Positions 1 to 15,917 of a stretch of 64,000 nt of DNA are shown piece after piece. Position numbers and translations under genes: made by a program. Numbering within the stretch: position 1 is the first letter of the stretch; every line of letters begins with the position of its first letter. Under the pieces are notes generated by a model. It saw only the letters and a program-made list of their open reading frames with translations, was not told the DNA's origin and did no database searches. The stretch lies in NCBI RefSeq assembly GCF_009914755.1, contig NC_060932.1; one strand, given 5' to 3'. This stretch comes from the human T2T-CHM13v2.0 reference genome, Homo sapiens.

Positions 1-115
1 GTATGGAAAACAACACTGAAAATATAATCCCCTTGTCAAAATAGCATGAATTTAAAAATATATAAATAAAATCCCATTTTCATTAAATCAAGCCTATATT
101 GAAAGGGACATGCAC

Positions 116-423
116 TGGTCGGGTGTGGTGGCTCACGCCTATAATCCCACCACTTTAGAAGGCTGAGGTGGGCGGATCACCTGAGTTCAGGAGTTCGAGA
201 CCAGCCTGGCCAACATGGTGAAATCCTGTCTCTACTAAAAATACATAAATTAGCCAGGCATGGTGGCACATGCCTGTAATCTCAGCTACTAGGGAGGCTG
301 AGACAGGAGAATTGCTTGAAGCCAGGTGGCAGAGGTTACAATGAGCTAAGATCACGCCACAGCATTCCAGCCTGGGCAACAAAGCTAGACTCTGTCTCAA
401 AAAAAAAAAAAAAGAAAAAAGAA
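116..423 (+). mobile_element. Alu (AluS-like)
   Basis: Dimeric Alu with A tail. Confidence 0.95.
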
Positions 424-447
424 ATGGACACACATAAAAGAAAGTGA

Positions 448-740
448 GGCCAGGTGCTGTGGCTCACACCTGTTATCCCAACAACTTGGGAGGCCAAGGC
501 AGGAGGATCACTTGAGCCCTTAAGTTCAAGAGCAGCCTGGGAAACAAATCCAGACCCCATCTCTACGAAAAATTTAAAAATTAGCTGGGGCAATGGTGTG
601 CACCTATACTCCCAGCTATTCGGGAGGCTGAGGTGGGAAGATCGCTTGAGCACAGGAGGTTAAGGCTGCAGTGAGCTATGATCATGCTACTGCACTCTAG
701 ACAGAGAAAGATGCTGTCTCTTTAAAAAAAAAAAAAAAGA
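448..740 (+). mobile_element. Alu (AluJ-like)
   Basis: Dimeric Alu, diverged. Confidence 0.9.
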
Positions 741-2224
741 AAGAAAAGTGAAAGCATATATGCCGATACGTTAAAAAAAAGTCTTTCTAAAAGATGAGAT
801 TACAGAAAATTAAGTTTTCCTTTTTACTTATCTATATTTTCCAATGTTTCCTTAATAAACAATTTCATAAGGAAAACAATTATATATAATAAATCTACAG
901 AATAACTTAAGTAGAAAAAAAGTTCAGTCACCCTACGTCTGCATTTTTAACATCGCATATCATCCTGGTAAATGAAAAAAAAAGATATCAATAAACTGCA
1001 AACTATTAACTCTCATCGGGGGAGAGTGATTATTCCAAGAAGAATGAAGACTCACTTTTTATTTTATATACATCTATTAATGTTTGGTTGTTTTATTATA
1101 ATGACCGTATTTCAGGTATTTAAGAAAAGCTAAATATTCATCAATAAAAATAAAGTACTTGTGCATATGCGTGTTTGTGTGCTATTAGTTAAACTGATGC
1201 AATAATGAAAAGATCATCCCAGAGGAAGGCTACCCAACTCCGTATGCCAAAAATGCCAACTGTCTGTCACTTGAATTCTAAGATGAAGAAAAGCCTTTGC
1301 TTGGCTAGAAATTTGCAGTGGCATCAGGTGAGATGGCTGTTTCAGGAAACTCAAAAAGGATTCATCATGTGTCCTTGGGAATCAGAAGGAAACAGAATAT
1401 GCTATTTCAGTAACCCCTAAACATAGATAGAAATTAAAATTGAGGGCAAAAATAATGAGACTTAAAAGAAAAAGGCTGTATTTCAACACATTTGTAATAA
1501 AATTGTTAAATATACACATCTCAGGTCACTGTAATGTTGCTACTGGTGCTCAGTCCACATTTGTGATACTGATTCTAACTTCAATTGCTGATCAGAAAAT
1601 CGAGGTGAACCTGGTTAGAGTTCCACAACCAGGGTCATTTTCAGACTTGCTCAAATATCAGACTACCTTACCGAACAGCATGAAATGTCAATATCTCTAA
1701 TTCCACCCTATGAACAAGAAACCTTTTAATAGCAGAAAATAAGACCATATTATATACATGAAGCATACAATTTTTTATGTTTATGAAAAAGATAGCACTG
1801 CTGAATTAAGCATGACTTTTCCTACTAATACCCATTTGCTCTTTTCACTTTAATTTTATCCCCTGACAATAAGAGTCACCGAAGACTTATGGAAAACTTA
1901 TGAGAGAAGAACTATAATTTTATTCATTATTATTTTCTAAGATTTGGAAAAATACTCTTCCATTCAACTTTAGTAGTAAAATACCTCAGTCCATAGGAAC
2001 ACTGTCTGAGAGTCGTTATTCCGTAATACACCAGTAGTAAAGAAGACATACATAAAAGTAGAAACAGGGCAGGAGGAGGATAAGTATTTCCAAATACAAA
2101 ATGCAGTGGCAATTTTACAATACTCACCAGAAGGCACATTATCACTTCCTATTTTAGGAATAAGTGTCCTCAAAATTTGAATAGGTCATTAGTCAGTCTC
2201 CTTCGGGGAGAGTAACTGATATTA

Positions 2225-2482
2225 TCATATCTAACTTTCTTGAGTGCAACCATAGTAAAAAATACATTTTACACAGTGGCCCAGTACACACACACGCACA
2301 CACACACACACACACACAAACGTGTGTATGCACCTACCTTCATACTTGCCTAAACTCTGTGCAATACAGTCTGGATTTTTCTATTATATTCTCTAGTTTT
2401 GTTTTGTTTTTAAGCTGGTTATAATCCACTAAAGTGATTCAGGACACACTAGTTGATTGTGACCTTCAGTTTGAAAAATTCT
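2225..2482. mobile_element. hAT-Charlie-type DNA transposon remnant containing a (CA)n tract at 2286-2317
   Basis: End CCACTAAAGTGATTC...GTGACCTTCAGTTTGAAAAA; subfamily uncertain. Confidence 0.5.
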
Positions 2483-4094
2483 ATTACAGAATCAAGAGAC
2501 CAGGGTGTGAATAGATTTAACATCTTAGAATTCTGTTAGATAAATAAGTGCAAATGCAACATTATTTTAAAGATCTATGGTTGAATGGTTTACTTTATTC
2601 TAAAATTTCCATAAAAATAGACCAACAAAATTCAATTTTCATAGACAGGCAAAATCTACTGGGCTTAGCCAAAGGTAGCAGTGTTATAGATACAGACCAA
2701 CACAACACTTATTTATTACTATTTCCTGTCAAAATCTTACTCAGGTGTATCTTTCATCTTCAGCCAGGGCGCTCAGGGCCGGCGCTAGGTAAGCTGCCTG
2801 AGAAAGTCAATCTCATAGTCACTGATGATGCCAGAGCTCCGCTGGCCTGTACTTGACCCCTGGAGCAGCCCCCAAGCTTTAGCTAACACTGCTAACACAT
2901 GATCATCAATCTAAATTTTGAAAAATATATATTGATTTTCCACAGATGACGATGATGGCTTTTTCTGTAGTAAATGTGCTTATACGTTGTGTTTTTTTTT
3001 TTCTATACACTAAGACTATGATCAACACAGGAAAACAAAAGTGCTTTATGTATTTATTTGTAGGACCTATTAATCAAAGCTCCCTTAATGAGTCAAAAAC
3101 CAAAATGAAAAAAATGAATGAAATATCTCTACTAATTCTTATATCATGGATCATATATACTCCTAAAATCCTGATTACATGGAAACTTTTTTTAAAAACT
3201 TATATTTCCTATCCATTAGAAATCTCCGTGTCAACTTGACAAGAAAAAAAAAACTCTTAACAATTCTAACACATTTATATTTCCTCAAAATAATTAGAAA
3301 AGGAATAGTACCTTATAAATTTAATAAATAAAAATTTAGTATTTAGTACATTACATTTTTTAGTATCCAAAGTATGTTACAAAGGATTAAATCATTTAAC
3401 ATTCTATCTTTAATCAGTTTGGCAATTCTGAGCCATCTTTCTAAGCAAAATAGGTTGAACAGCTTTAAAAAAAATCCTTTATCACATCAAACTGTGATTT
3501 GAAATCACATTTTTCAAATCAAACTGTCTTTTATGCTACTGCCTGATGATCTGGAATTTTTAGTCTAGAATTCCAGGCATTGAATTAAAAAGAATGTTTC
3601 CCATTTCCATAGTACTGAAAATGGAAATATGTAAATTAGTTCATGGGCAGAATCATTAATTTAGATAAAAAGTAAAAACACATTAATTGAGCACCAAAAA
3701 TGTGACAGTTCTTGCACAAAATCTAAAATAAGACAGCTGCTACCACTGGAGCTTATAAATCTAAATTAAATGGGCAAAAAAGCACAGGATTTTAATTATT
3801 TTTGTTTCCCAAGGAAATGACAAGTCTGATAGTCAGTACTCCAGTCTTTAACAATGATAACTCTGACTCTGATTTCCATAGACTGATACTGGCCTAATTA
3901 TCAGTGCCAAAATCAGTTTGGGTTTGAGAAGGAAGCAGAAAATTTCACCCAAGTTGGAACCATGAGACTGCAAGTAAAATGGACCAATTCCCTCCAGTTA
4001 CTTATTTCCTGGAAGATTAAGGTCAGTAACATAGGCTTAAGAGATACCGCTTACACAGCATATAAACCACCTTGAATAAAATAGCCACAAACTG

Positions 4095-4230
4095 ACCTGG
4101 AGCAGTGGCTCACACCTAGAATTCTTTGGGAGGCCCCAGGTGGGAGGACTGCATGAAGCCAGGAGTCTGAGACCAGCCTGGCAACATAGTGAGACCCCAT
4201 CGCCATAAAAATAATTTTAAAATAAAAAAG
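4095..4230 (+). mobile_element. Alu monomer (FLAM-like)
   Basis: Left-monomer similarity with A-rich tail. Confidence 0.8.
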
Positions 4231-6719
4231 AAAATATTATTTTAAATCTTTTATATACTACAAAAAATATTTTTGAATGTTGAAAATCTGACAGATGCTT
4301 GGCTCTAAATTGAGGGAAGTAGAGTCATAGGTAGAAATGGGAAGGAACACCTAACCCAACGCCATTATAAAGTAGGAGATCCCCACATGTTTCTTCACAG
4401 ATGGCTGAAGTATGCAAAATGCAGGGAAGGGGTCCATTTCTTCAAGGGAGATGGTTTGTAGCTTTGGTAGATTTTCGAACGGGTCTAGCAACTCCAAATA
4501 TAGTTTCATTGATTTCTTACCACAATCTTATGGTGTATTAATTCAAAAATGAGAAAACTGAAGCTCAATGTATTTGAAAAGCTTTCCCAAGGCCAATAAT
4601 TTGTAAAATAACAGCAAATGAGAATGCAAGTTATTCGAGTTCCAAAGTCCCTGCACTTGTAGGCTATGCTAAAAAAAAAAAAAAAAAAAACATAAAATGA
4701 AGAAATGTTATTCAATCAACTCTGCTAAAAGCAGCCTGATGATGCTGACTAGTAATTGTGAACACATATACAACTTTAACTATGTACCAGGCACTGTTGT
4801 CAGTGCCTCATTTAATCCTCACAGCAACAGAACCAAATCGCAGACACCATGATGATGATTTCCACATAGCTCCTAAGGGGCATGGCTGGGTTTCAAACCC
4901 AGGCAGCCTGGCTCCTCAGCCATACCCTTAATCTCTATGCTTGATGCCTTCCTCTCCTGAAGACAAGCAGTTAAAGGATAAGGGTAGAAAATGTGGGAAG
5001 AAGTCTATCCCAAGATAAATCTCTTAATGTTTTAAGTAGCATTTTACAAAATAAATATTATATGGTAATTTTTCCTTATTTTAGCTAAAATTTAACACCA
5101 TGTAAGCCTAAATTATCAAAAATACTTACAATGATTTTCTGGTTTCTAAAAGATTTGGGTAAACTCAAAGCATTATACCCACCCTCCAATCTAGGAAAGC
5201 TTCTATTGTCCTTCCACTTCAATTCATTTATTTTGATAAGGACGGGACAAACCCTATGTTTTAGAAATATTTGTTAAACATACATAGCACATGACGGGGA
5301 GAATCAAACCTTTCAAGATCCCTAATAAAGATTTAATATCATGTGGTTTCATACAATCTTTTCAGTTCCCTAGCAGACTTCTGCCTTTTCCACGAATTGG
5401 TCCAGACAAATGCACTGCTGTGTGATGGAGGCATCGGACTGCCTGTCTTCCACATATCAGCAGTTCATGTTGTCACTGACATTTTATCTCTTTCTGCCAC
5501 CATTTTATTTTATCAAAGACAGTATCTGGGAAAAATGAACTGCATTTACTGCTTATACAAAGCACACCCGAAGAGAAAAAAGTCATCTTTTTGCCCATTC
5601 AAAATTTTAATATATTACATATTAAGATAAGTAGCTATAGAAGAAGCAGGATTGAGATTTTTTTAAAAATTTAAAAAATATATATTAGTAGCAAAAACAG
5701 AGTCTTGTCCTTATCCTATACATAAAATTTAGAGCAACTAAACTTCTGATTCTATCGTTTCTGTATCATGCTTTAACTACCAGTTTGCATCAACTAAAAC
5801 TCATACAAAAATGACGCATGGCTGATTATAAACTGAAATGCTGTTTTCTCACATTAAATTTCCCACTGAAGGATATAAAGGTGTCAATGAGTATGAACTT
5901 TATAAATAACTTAATGAGGCTCAAAAAAAAGGCAGTCGGATTAGTTCTAAGTGCTCTGAATATGCAAACATGAGTAATTAACATACAGCTTAAGCCTTCT
6001 ATAAATAAGACAGGAAACAAGTGTCAAGCAGGTTCTTAATGTAAAAGGAAAGAAAGAAAATAAATATCAGTAATGCCATAAGTCAACTTCAGCCTAAAGA
6101 ATGAATAATTAATTATATGTACAAGTTCTAAAATTACATTTCATTCTGTTTCATTTAGTAGAGCTGCATGAATTACTTTCCATTTACCTATGCACTTCAT
6201 AATACTTTTGTAAGATGAGATCCTACTAGGTTTCAGAACTCAGTTTTAGGGCAAACCTAAATTCTCTGTCAAGGCAAATTCTTAATTCATACTCCTCACT
6301 CGCACAGTGCCACACTCACTCACTCACACACACACATACTTTAAATCCCAAATGACACTGAACACAAATAACAAGACTCATGTTCCCAAGAATTCCACTT
6401 TCTACTAATTTTTTTCATTCACTCAACAAACTGCTTAGCATTTACGTTGTTTCAGACACTGTGCAAGGCAAAAAAGATTTCTGCTGTCACAGAGCTTAGA
6501 ACTGTGTGTGTTTATTAATGTTTCTCTCCCCTAGACTATATGCCTGTTACTGGTATTCATTCTGTACAGCCCTCATTCTCCAAGCCTAATTGCACTATTA
6601 TTACGCTACCACGGAACAAAAATTTTCAAGGACTATACAGCCCAAAATTTTGTTCGAGTGAGCATTTGTTAATTCATATATACCACACGAAATTTTCTTC
6701 TTTAAAAAAGAAAAAAAAA

Positions 6720-7013
6720 GGCCTGTGGCCGTGGCTCCCGTCTGTAATCCCAGCACTTTCGGAGGCCAAGTTAGGCAGATGACTTGAGTTCAGGAGTTCA
6801 AGATCAGCTTGGGCAACATGGCAAAAACCCACCTCTACAAAAAATATAAAAAATTAACCAGGTGTGGTGGTGCCCGCCTGTGGTCCCGACTACTTGGGAT
6901 GAGGTAGGAGGATCACCTGAGTCCAGGAGGTTGAGTTGCAGTGAGTGGAGATGGCACAACTGCACTCCACCCTGGGCAACTGAGCAAGACACTGTCTCAA
7001 AAAAAAAAAAAAA
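6720..7013 (+). mobile_element. AluJ-like
   Basis: Dimeric Alu with poly(A). Confidence 0.9.
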
Positions 7014-9378
7014 TGCCTATAGGATGAAAAGATGTATCTGGGACTTGCCTCAAAACAGATGGGGGAGTAATAGATAAAGGTATAGATGACCGGTTCATGG
7101 GCGTTCATTACATTATTATTATTAAACTTTTCCATAGTAATTTTTTGTAACCATTTGTAAAGGGATATTTTGCCAATACCAAAAACTTTAACTTTTAGGA
7201 ATTTCAGGAAGCCGCACAGAAAAACAGCGTAATAACAACAGAATATTAAAATGTAACTTCTATTTAATACACAATGGGATCCTAAATCCTAATCTTAACT
7301 CGATTATAAATATCAAGTTTCCATTGTTTCAAATGGCTCGTTTGTTAAAGTGAAGGCAGTAGTGCTAATCTCTCTCAATGAAAAATGTATTAGGACTCTG
7401 TGATAAAAGTTATTACAGGGAACCCTACGAAGGTATAATACTAATGCTACATAAGCACTAATATTAATCATGGAAAAGTATGTTTCTTTTCCAGCCTAGC
7501 AGGTGAATTGGGATTGTTGTAGTGACACCATATAATTACCAAATGTAAAATAATAATATTTCTTTTGTTATTCAAGCTTATATAGAGATGATAACAGAAA
7601 TACAAGACTAAACCTGAGATAATGAAGTATGCAGCAGAGGGAACAAAGCTAATAGGTTTTGAAAATATAACACATTTTACTTGACATTTCCCAAGAACCT
7701 CTGAAGCTCTCATGTAAAATCTGATCCAGGTACTGGGTGGCTTACCCATGTGCTCACAACCACAATAAATAATATCCGTAATGGCATTTTATAGGTAAAA
7801 AGCATTTAATCTATATAGATTATAAAATGCACAAAATCCTGTGAGTCAGGTATTATTACATGAGACTACTTTTAAAGAATATGTTTTAGAATTTGCCTGT
7901 GCTTCCAACTCAGGGATAGAGGAGCGAGACTGATACCAAATCATCCTCTAAATCCAAATTCTTTTCACTTTCCACTATCCCAGGCTGCTGCTGCCACTGA
8001 AGGAGTTTATCATTTTGTTAGCAGCATAAAACCTAAATACATACAGAAAAAGCCAGAATATAAAATAAGCTATCGTAAGGTTAACAGCCAACATATGGTC
8101 TGGGAAATAAGCACCAGTTAGGATCAGGAGAGGAGAGTGCTGAGGGCCGAAGCTGCTAAAAAAGGCTTCTTCTAAGAAAAGTCAGTGCCCCGAGGCCAGG
8201 AGGAGGCCCACCTGACACAAGCAGGCAGACGGCTTTTTGACTTCGAAGATCACTTTTCCCAATAAAGAAACTGGCAATAATAAATAAACTGGCTAGAATA
8301 AAGGGTTGTTTAGCATAGTGTAAGGCTTACATTTAAAATGTCGTTTCCACAAGGAAGAAAGAGAACAAAGAAATCTTGGCCCCAATGTGATAAAGTCAGG
8401 AAAGACTAATATTCCATGTTGGGAAAGTTTGAATATCTGTTGCACCAGGTCCACCAACAGTTTTATCTAGATACAAACAGCAGCTATTAGGCATTGTTGT
8501 TCAGGAATTCCAGAAGAACCAGGGAGGGAAGCTAGTAGATATCTATTTTGAATGAAAATTATAATTTGTAAAAATGAATCTGATCCAAGTCAGAACATGG
8601 AGGCATTTCTTTCTTGACATAACCAAGATGATCAATTGGTGGGTACCAATTGGTAAAATTACCAAATGCTTGCACGCGTTCCAGAAGGGTTAATACAACC
8701 GATATGGAAAAGCAGTCTGTACCACAGAGATTCTTTCCTCACCCTGATTCACTGTAGGATCAGCCGTGTTAATAATAATACTTCGCAATTTTATGTCACT
8801 TTTCCTGCTAAAAGCTCAAATATGAGTTGATATGGCACATCACAAACTACACAGATGGTACTCTGCAGTTTCCACAGCTCTGAGTGAATAGCTCATTTGA
8901 CTTACTAATAAATGTTCCTATTTCAAGATTAAAAACAAATACGAAAAATTACAGAAAATGGTAGAAAGTCAATTTTCATACCCACTGCAGAGGCATCTAC
9001 CTGAAAGGGTGAACTCTGGACAGAGCGCCCAGAGCACACCTTTCCTTCAGATGTTCGTGCACACAGGTACGCGCTTCCAGAGAAGTCCTATCAAGACACC
9101 AAGAAGCTGGGATATGAAGGCCAGGGCTAGATAGTGGATGGGGCTGTGTTATCGCCTGTGTGAATGTACAGCAACCAGATCTAAGAGGAAAACACCTCAC
9201 CAAGGAGGAGCTGGACCAGGAATTACCTCCTTTTGTTTAATCCCTTGACCTATAATTACTCATTTAAGACAGACACACTGTCAGAAGTTTTACTAGAAGT
9301 TATTGGTCTAACCTATGCAGTGTTACTGAGATTTATAAATCATGTTTAAATTGGAATACTTGAAATCCAACATTTTAA

Positions 9379-9825
<447 letters not shown>

Positions 9826-11357
9826 TAGTCTTCTCTGGTAACTGTATCTAAATATCTCACCTTTCCCTGTGGATCTGGAAATTTTCCATCAGGGAATTTA
9901 GCTATACCAAGTTTTCCATCACCTCTGAGAACATCAGTGTACTCCATTTGTGTATAACCATGGGCAAACCTCTGTAAAATGTGAATTTATCTTTGAAACA
10001 GGCCAAATCTTGAAAAACCCAAAGAACCAACTTATCCCTATGGAAAAGAGAACTATTACTGATGATTAGATTTAATTAAACTGTACGGCAAAGGCTGCTT
10101 AGATGGAGAATAACTAAAGAGATTTGCTTTCCATGGTGATTCAAGTGGTTTTGAAGCATCTACTTACAGGATTATATTCAAACTCCAAAAAAAAAAAACA
10201 CACACACAAATACTTGATTTTGGTGAAATATGCCCAACCATTCTTCGCAAGAGCTTCATTTTTCTGAGAAAATTATTGTATATTAAGCCACAGTCTGAAC
10301 TAGTCAAAAATAACACTTAAGTCTTATGCAGGAATTTTCTCAAAAGGGGTTTTATTTTAAATTATAATTAAATTAACCAAATGGTTCCAACATTGAGTTT
10401 AATCATTACACACTTCTCTGAGAAATCTAAATATAATCTCTTTGTCGAGAATATAATACTGTCCACTTCTAAGTCCAACACTTAGATACATCAAACAATC
10501 AGTCAATTTTCCAGGTTAATGAAATGTGAATTTTATATACTATATTTCTTGGATTATTTTCCATATGATAATTACAATACTCTATCACCTCTGAGTAGTT
10601 TTTAAAATAACCCCCAAATTTTTTCCAAAACATAAAGAGCTTTAACTCTATTGACTTAAAACACCTTCCCTTCAATCTTCTCTGTAAAACAGCACTGTCA
10701 GGTTCACCTTCAACCACCATGAAACCACAGGAATGTAACAGGGACAGGAATGTTGGTAAGCCAAATGATACATCAGATCATCTTTGTCCTTCCCCACTCC
10801 CATCCATTGAGAACCATTGAATCAGACCTACCAAGTGCTAAAATGTTAAGGGATTGTAATAATAATCATTCTGTAAACAAACAAAGTAGAAACACAGTTA
10901 CTCTAAACAGTGAATAATTAGAAAATAATTCATAATGTATCCTTATGGACTACAGAGTGCTGCATCACCCATTGCATTTCTGTTACACCCTTCAATTGAT
11001 AAAGAAGGACCATAAAAACCTGACCATAAATAATCCTGAATGCACAGGTGGGTCTTGTCTTCAAGACTAACTTTTTTCATAGTTCTTCTAAACATCCTCT
11101 ATTTGAATTTAAAATAATCTACTCTGAATTATAATACCAAATAACTAACCAAGATTTATTGAACACCAACTGTATGTCAAATACCTATCACTGCAGGTGA
11201 TTCAAAGTGACAATAACAACAGCGAACATTTACAAAAATTGGGGCGCAAGGTCACACTTGTTTAAGTGATGGAGTTGGATGGCAATCCAGACAGTGCTAC
11301 ACCAAACTGCCTTCACAGAACTGAAAAACAAATACTCTTGTATTCAAGAAACTCCAA

Positions 11358-11653
11358 TTTTATTTTATTTTTTGAAACAGAGTCTCCCTCTGTCACCCAG
11401 CCTAGAGTGCAGTGGTGTCATCATAGCTCACTGCAGCCACAACTCCTGGCTCAAGCACTCTTCCCACCTCAGCCTCCTGAGTAGCTAGAACTACAGGTGC
11501 CCGCCACCTCACCCAGCTAATTTTGTTAATTTCTTGTAGAAATGGGGTCTCACTATGTTGGGCAGGCTGGTTTCAACTCCTGGCCTCATGTGACCCTTCC
11601 ACCTTGGCCTTCCAAAATGCTGGGATTACAGGCATGAGCCACTGCACCCAGCC
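11358..11653 (-). mobile_element. AluJ-like
   Basis: Reverse Alu; TSD-like CTCCAA flanks. Confidence 0.9.
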
Positions 11654-12842
11654 AAGACCTCCAAATTTTGCAGGTACTTAACATATTCCAATAGAATGTT
11701 CCACAAATTTTACAATTTTTCTGCCTTTTAGGCATCACCTTGTAAGAGTGATGAGGAAAAAAAAAACTAATCATAGTATCTTGAAATATTTTACTTTCAT
11801 TTTATCCTTAGAATTGAAATGCCTTTTCTGAGGCATTTGTGTGTAACTTGTGGTACACAAAACACACATTAGTTACTTTAGTGCACGGTTTTCTTCTCTT
11901 TCTGCTATTGAGAAATTTCTTAATACGCAAGAGTGAGCCCAAACAGTACGTGCAGACTGATGGACAGTCTTGCCAGTAATCTCCACACTTCTCAGGTTAC
12001 CAGGATTCCTTATGGGAAAGAGGATTCCATGACCCTCTGTGCTTAGGACCAGACAAAGGGATCTTCAAGTACTGTTCCCCACTATATCTATCAAAAGTCA
12101 CTTGAAAACTCTCTTTAAAATTACAAACAGATTTCTAGATGCATCCATACTTTTATAAATCTCAGTGAATGAGATCTTGGAACTACCACTTTGATAAGCA
12201 AAGTAGATAATTTATATACTCTAAAATAAATGTATAGACTCTTGGATGAGAGACTTGTTCTATCATCCATGCTCTCACCATGTAAAAAGCCCTGCATCTT
12301 TTTACAAAAGGCTGCCTTAATCTACAAAATGGATCATCTGGGGAAGCAGCATCATTCTAGTGCTTTCAGGGAGAACTGTGTTCATTATTACTTATAAGTG
12401 GCTTTCAGGGCTAACTCCCTGGAAACGCTTGTGGTAAAATAAACAGTCCAAAAAATACATGTCATCGTCATTTAATCAAGAGTTCTACACACTGTATATG
12501 AGAAGAAACAATAGAGAGGGGCCATACTTTTTCTTTATTAAAAAAGATAATTCTAGAATGTAAAGAAAAATTTTTAAAAAATTAACTAATGCCGTTCAAT
12601 CTTCCTTAGTGATAACCAGAGAATCCAATCCCAGAAGACTTCTTTAAAATCATCTAATTCATTCTGGCTTCATGAATAACAAAAATCTTCTATTTGATGC
12701 TCAGCAGCAACTCAAGTGTTATTATCCCCATCCAACAAAAAGGAAATTTGGGACTCAGAAATAAAGCACTTGTCCAATGCAACAGGTCCATCCAGAGGCA
12801 GTATACTTAACCATTATTAAACTTCCTTTTTTAATATTTTTA

Positions 12843-13255
<413 letters not shown>

Positions 13256-13469
13256 TTGGCAATATCAGAAAGTTCTTCTAAATGTCTGTCTAAAATCCCT
13301 TTAGATATAGTTTAAGAATGCTCTCTTTTGTAAACTAAAGAACATCTGGTCATTATATCTCATATTGAATCACTTCATACGTCTCAGAAATAATAAATCC
13401 TCTTTCCTCTCTTATTTTAAAGGAAAGGACAGTAACGCTTCAACTTTCTACAAATTAGCCTGTGACAGA

Positions 13470-14065
13470 CAGATGGTGGCTCCCAACACGACTGCAATCT
13501 CTTATCCCACATGCTCCTCTTATAATGTGTCTTCCAAGTACAGCTGGAATCAATGCTTCCTCCCTGCTGAATTCCTCTGAAGTACAGCTGGAATCAAGGC
13601 TTCCTCTCTGATGAATCTGGATGGGGGATAGAGGGGGAGGGCGGGGGGGCAGCTTGGGACTAAGGGCATATGTGATCCTATGTAACTTTTGAGGTTAAGT
13701 CATAAAGGGAACACAGCTTCCTTGGAATTTTCATCCACTGAACTTCTGCCGCCATGCTGTGAGGAAGTCCAAGCAGGTACAAGGAGAGTCCAATTTGTAG
13801 ATATTCTAGCCTGCAACCTAGCCTACATCCCAGCCAACAGCCAGTAGGAAAGGCCAGGCATGCAGGTGAGCAAGGCTTCAGCTGATTCCAGCTCCCCAGT
13901 CATAGACTCAGCCCTGGCTTTGCGTCTTCCTAGCTGAGGTGCCAGACATCATGGGGCAGATAAGCTGTGTCAATCATACCTTTTATGATTCTGAGCCACA
14001 ACATTTGTGAGCATAACGCCACCAAGTTTGGGATGGTATATAATGCAGCAATAGTAAATAGAACT
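13470..14065. mobile_element. MLT1-family MaLR LTR
   Basis: GCCATGCTGTGAGGAAGTCCAAGC and terminal AAGTTTGGGATGGTATATAATGCAGCAATAG resemble MLT1. Confidence 0.7.
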
Positions 14066-15208
14066 CCCTGATTCAGAACTCAAGGAAAAAACTGAAAAGG
14101 AAGCAAAGAATTTAAGGCTGCTTTCCCTATATTCAAAATAAATATTCCACATTCTGTGCACTAAAGATCACTAGCTTTATTGATAAGTCTCTCAAATTAT
14201 CATGCAGCTCTTATTAAAGGTATATGTAAAATGAGGAAAAATAGAAACATACTATAATATTTTCTGTCTTCATCCTATGCATAGGCCTCTTTAGGATTCC
14301 TTTTCCCTGATGAAATCTCATCTAGGCCGGTCTTTAAGGCTCAAATCAAACACTACAGCAGCTCTGAGGCCTTCCTTCACCTTGCAAAATGCAGTTTGCT
14401 CACGTAACATATCTGTATAGCCCTCCACTCTAATACAATTTTTTATTCTAATGTATATATTATACAATAATTATTTGTCTACATGGCTTTTGCCTTCCCT
14501 AAGCGTAAGGTCTTCGAGGATAGGAACATTTCTTTTTTAATCTTTGTATACTAGTGTCTGCAATATACGAGTCACTCATTAAATTTTTGCTGAATAAACA
14601 AACAAACCTGGTTATCTGATTTCCAAATCCACAGCAGATAAAACACAGAATATTAGAAAAGAGGAAATGAACTGTTCTTTTTAAAAAGCACACACGCACA
14701 CACACACACGCAGACAGAAAGAGGTCTCAGGGAACAAAGATGAAACTAAGTAAAAGCCTAGAATTCTTTAGTGTAGGGTCTACAGTTTACAATTACTTAG
14801 TGGAGAGAGACAGGTCAGTATCTTAAAAGATCTCATAGATCTCAGTGAATTTTTGCACATTTCAAGTAAGTTTAGTAAAGAGGGAAATACTACTCATTTT
14901 ATAAGTATTTCTCCTAAGTGACTACTTTTAAAATTGGAGGTGCCTTTTAAAGGAATAAAAAACAGAACCAAGCAAGAGATCTCATTTTCTGGGGGTTTTA
15001 TATAGTTACTGTTTTACAATAATATCACTGTCTTTATACTATTTTTGTTGTTCCCCCTTGTTTTTAATGTCCCTGTTTTCGTTACACTTCAGACTATTTA
15101 AGTATTTTCCTCCCAACTGACCCAAGCTACTATCACATCTGTTTGGGTTGTAGCAGAGCCACTCAGTGTGCAACTCCAATATTTTGGCAAACTCCCTCCA
15201 ACAGGCCA

Positions 15209-15917
<709 letters not shown>

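Noticed and set aside
3544-3618. TGATGA...CTGA spaced like a C/D box snoRNA
   Set aside because: Antisense to the host intron, imperfect box C, no terminal stem
5130-5525. Possible ~400-nt exon (tttttcccag acceptor, CATT|gtaagt donor)
   Set aside because: Long for an internal exon, arbitrary pairing of sites, no other support
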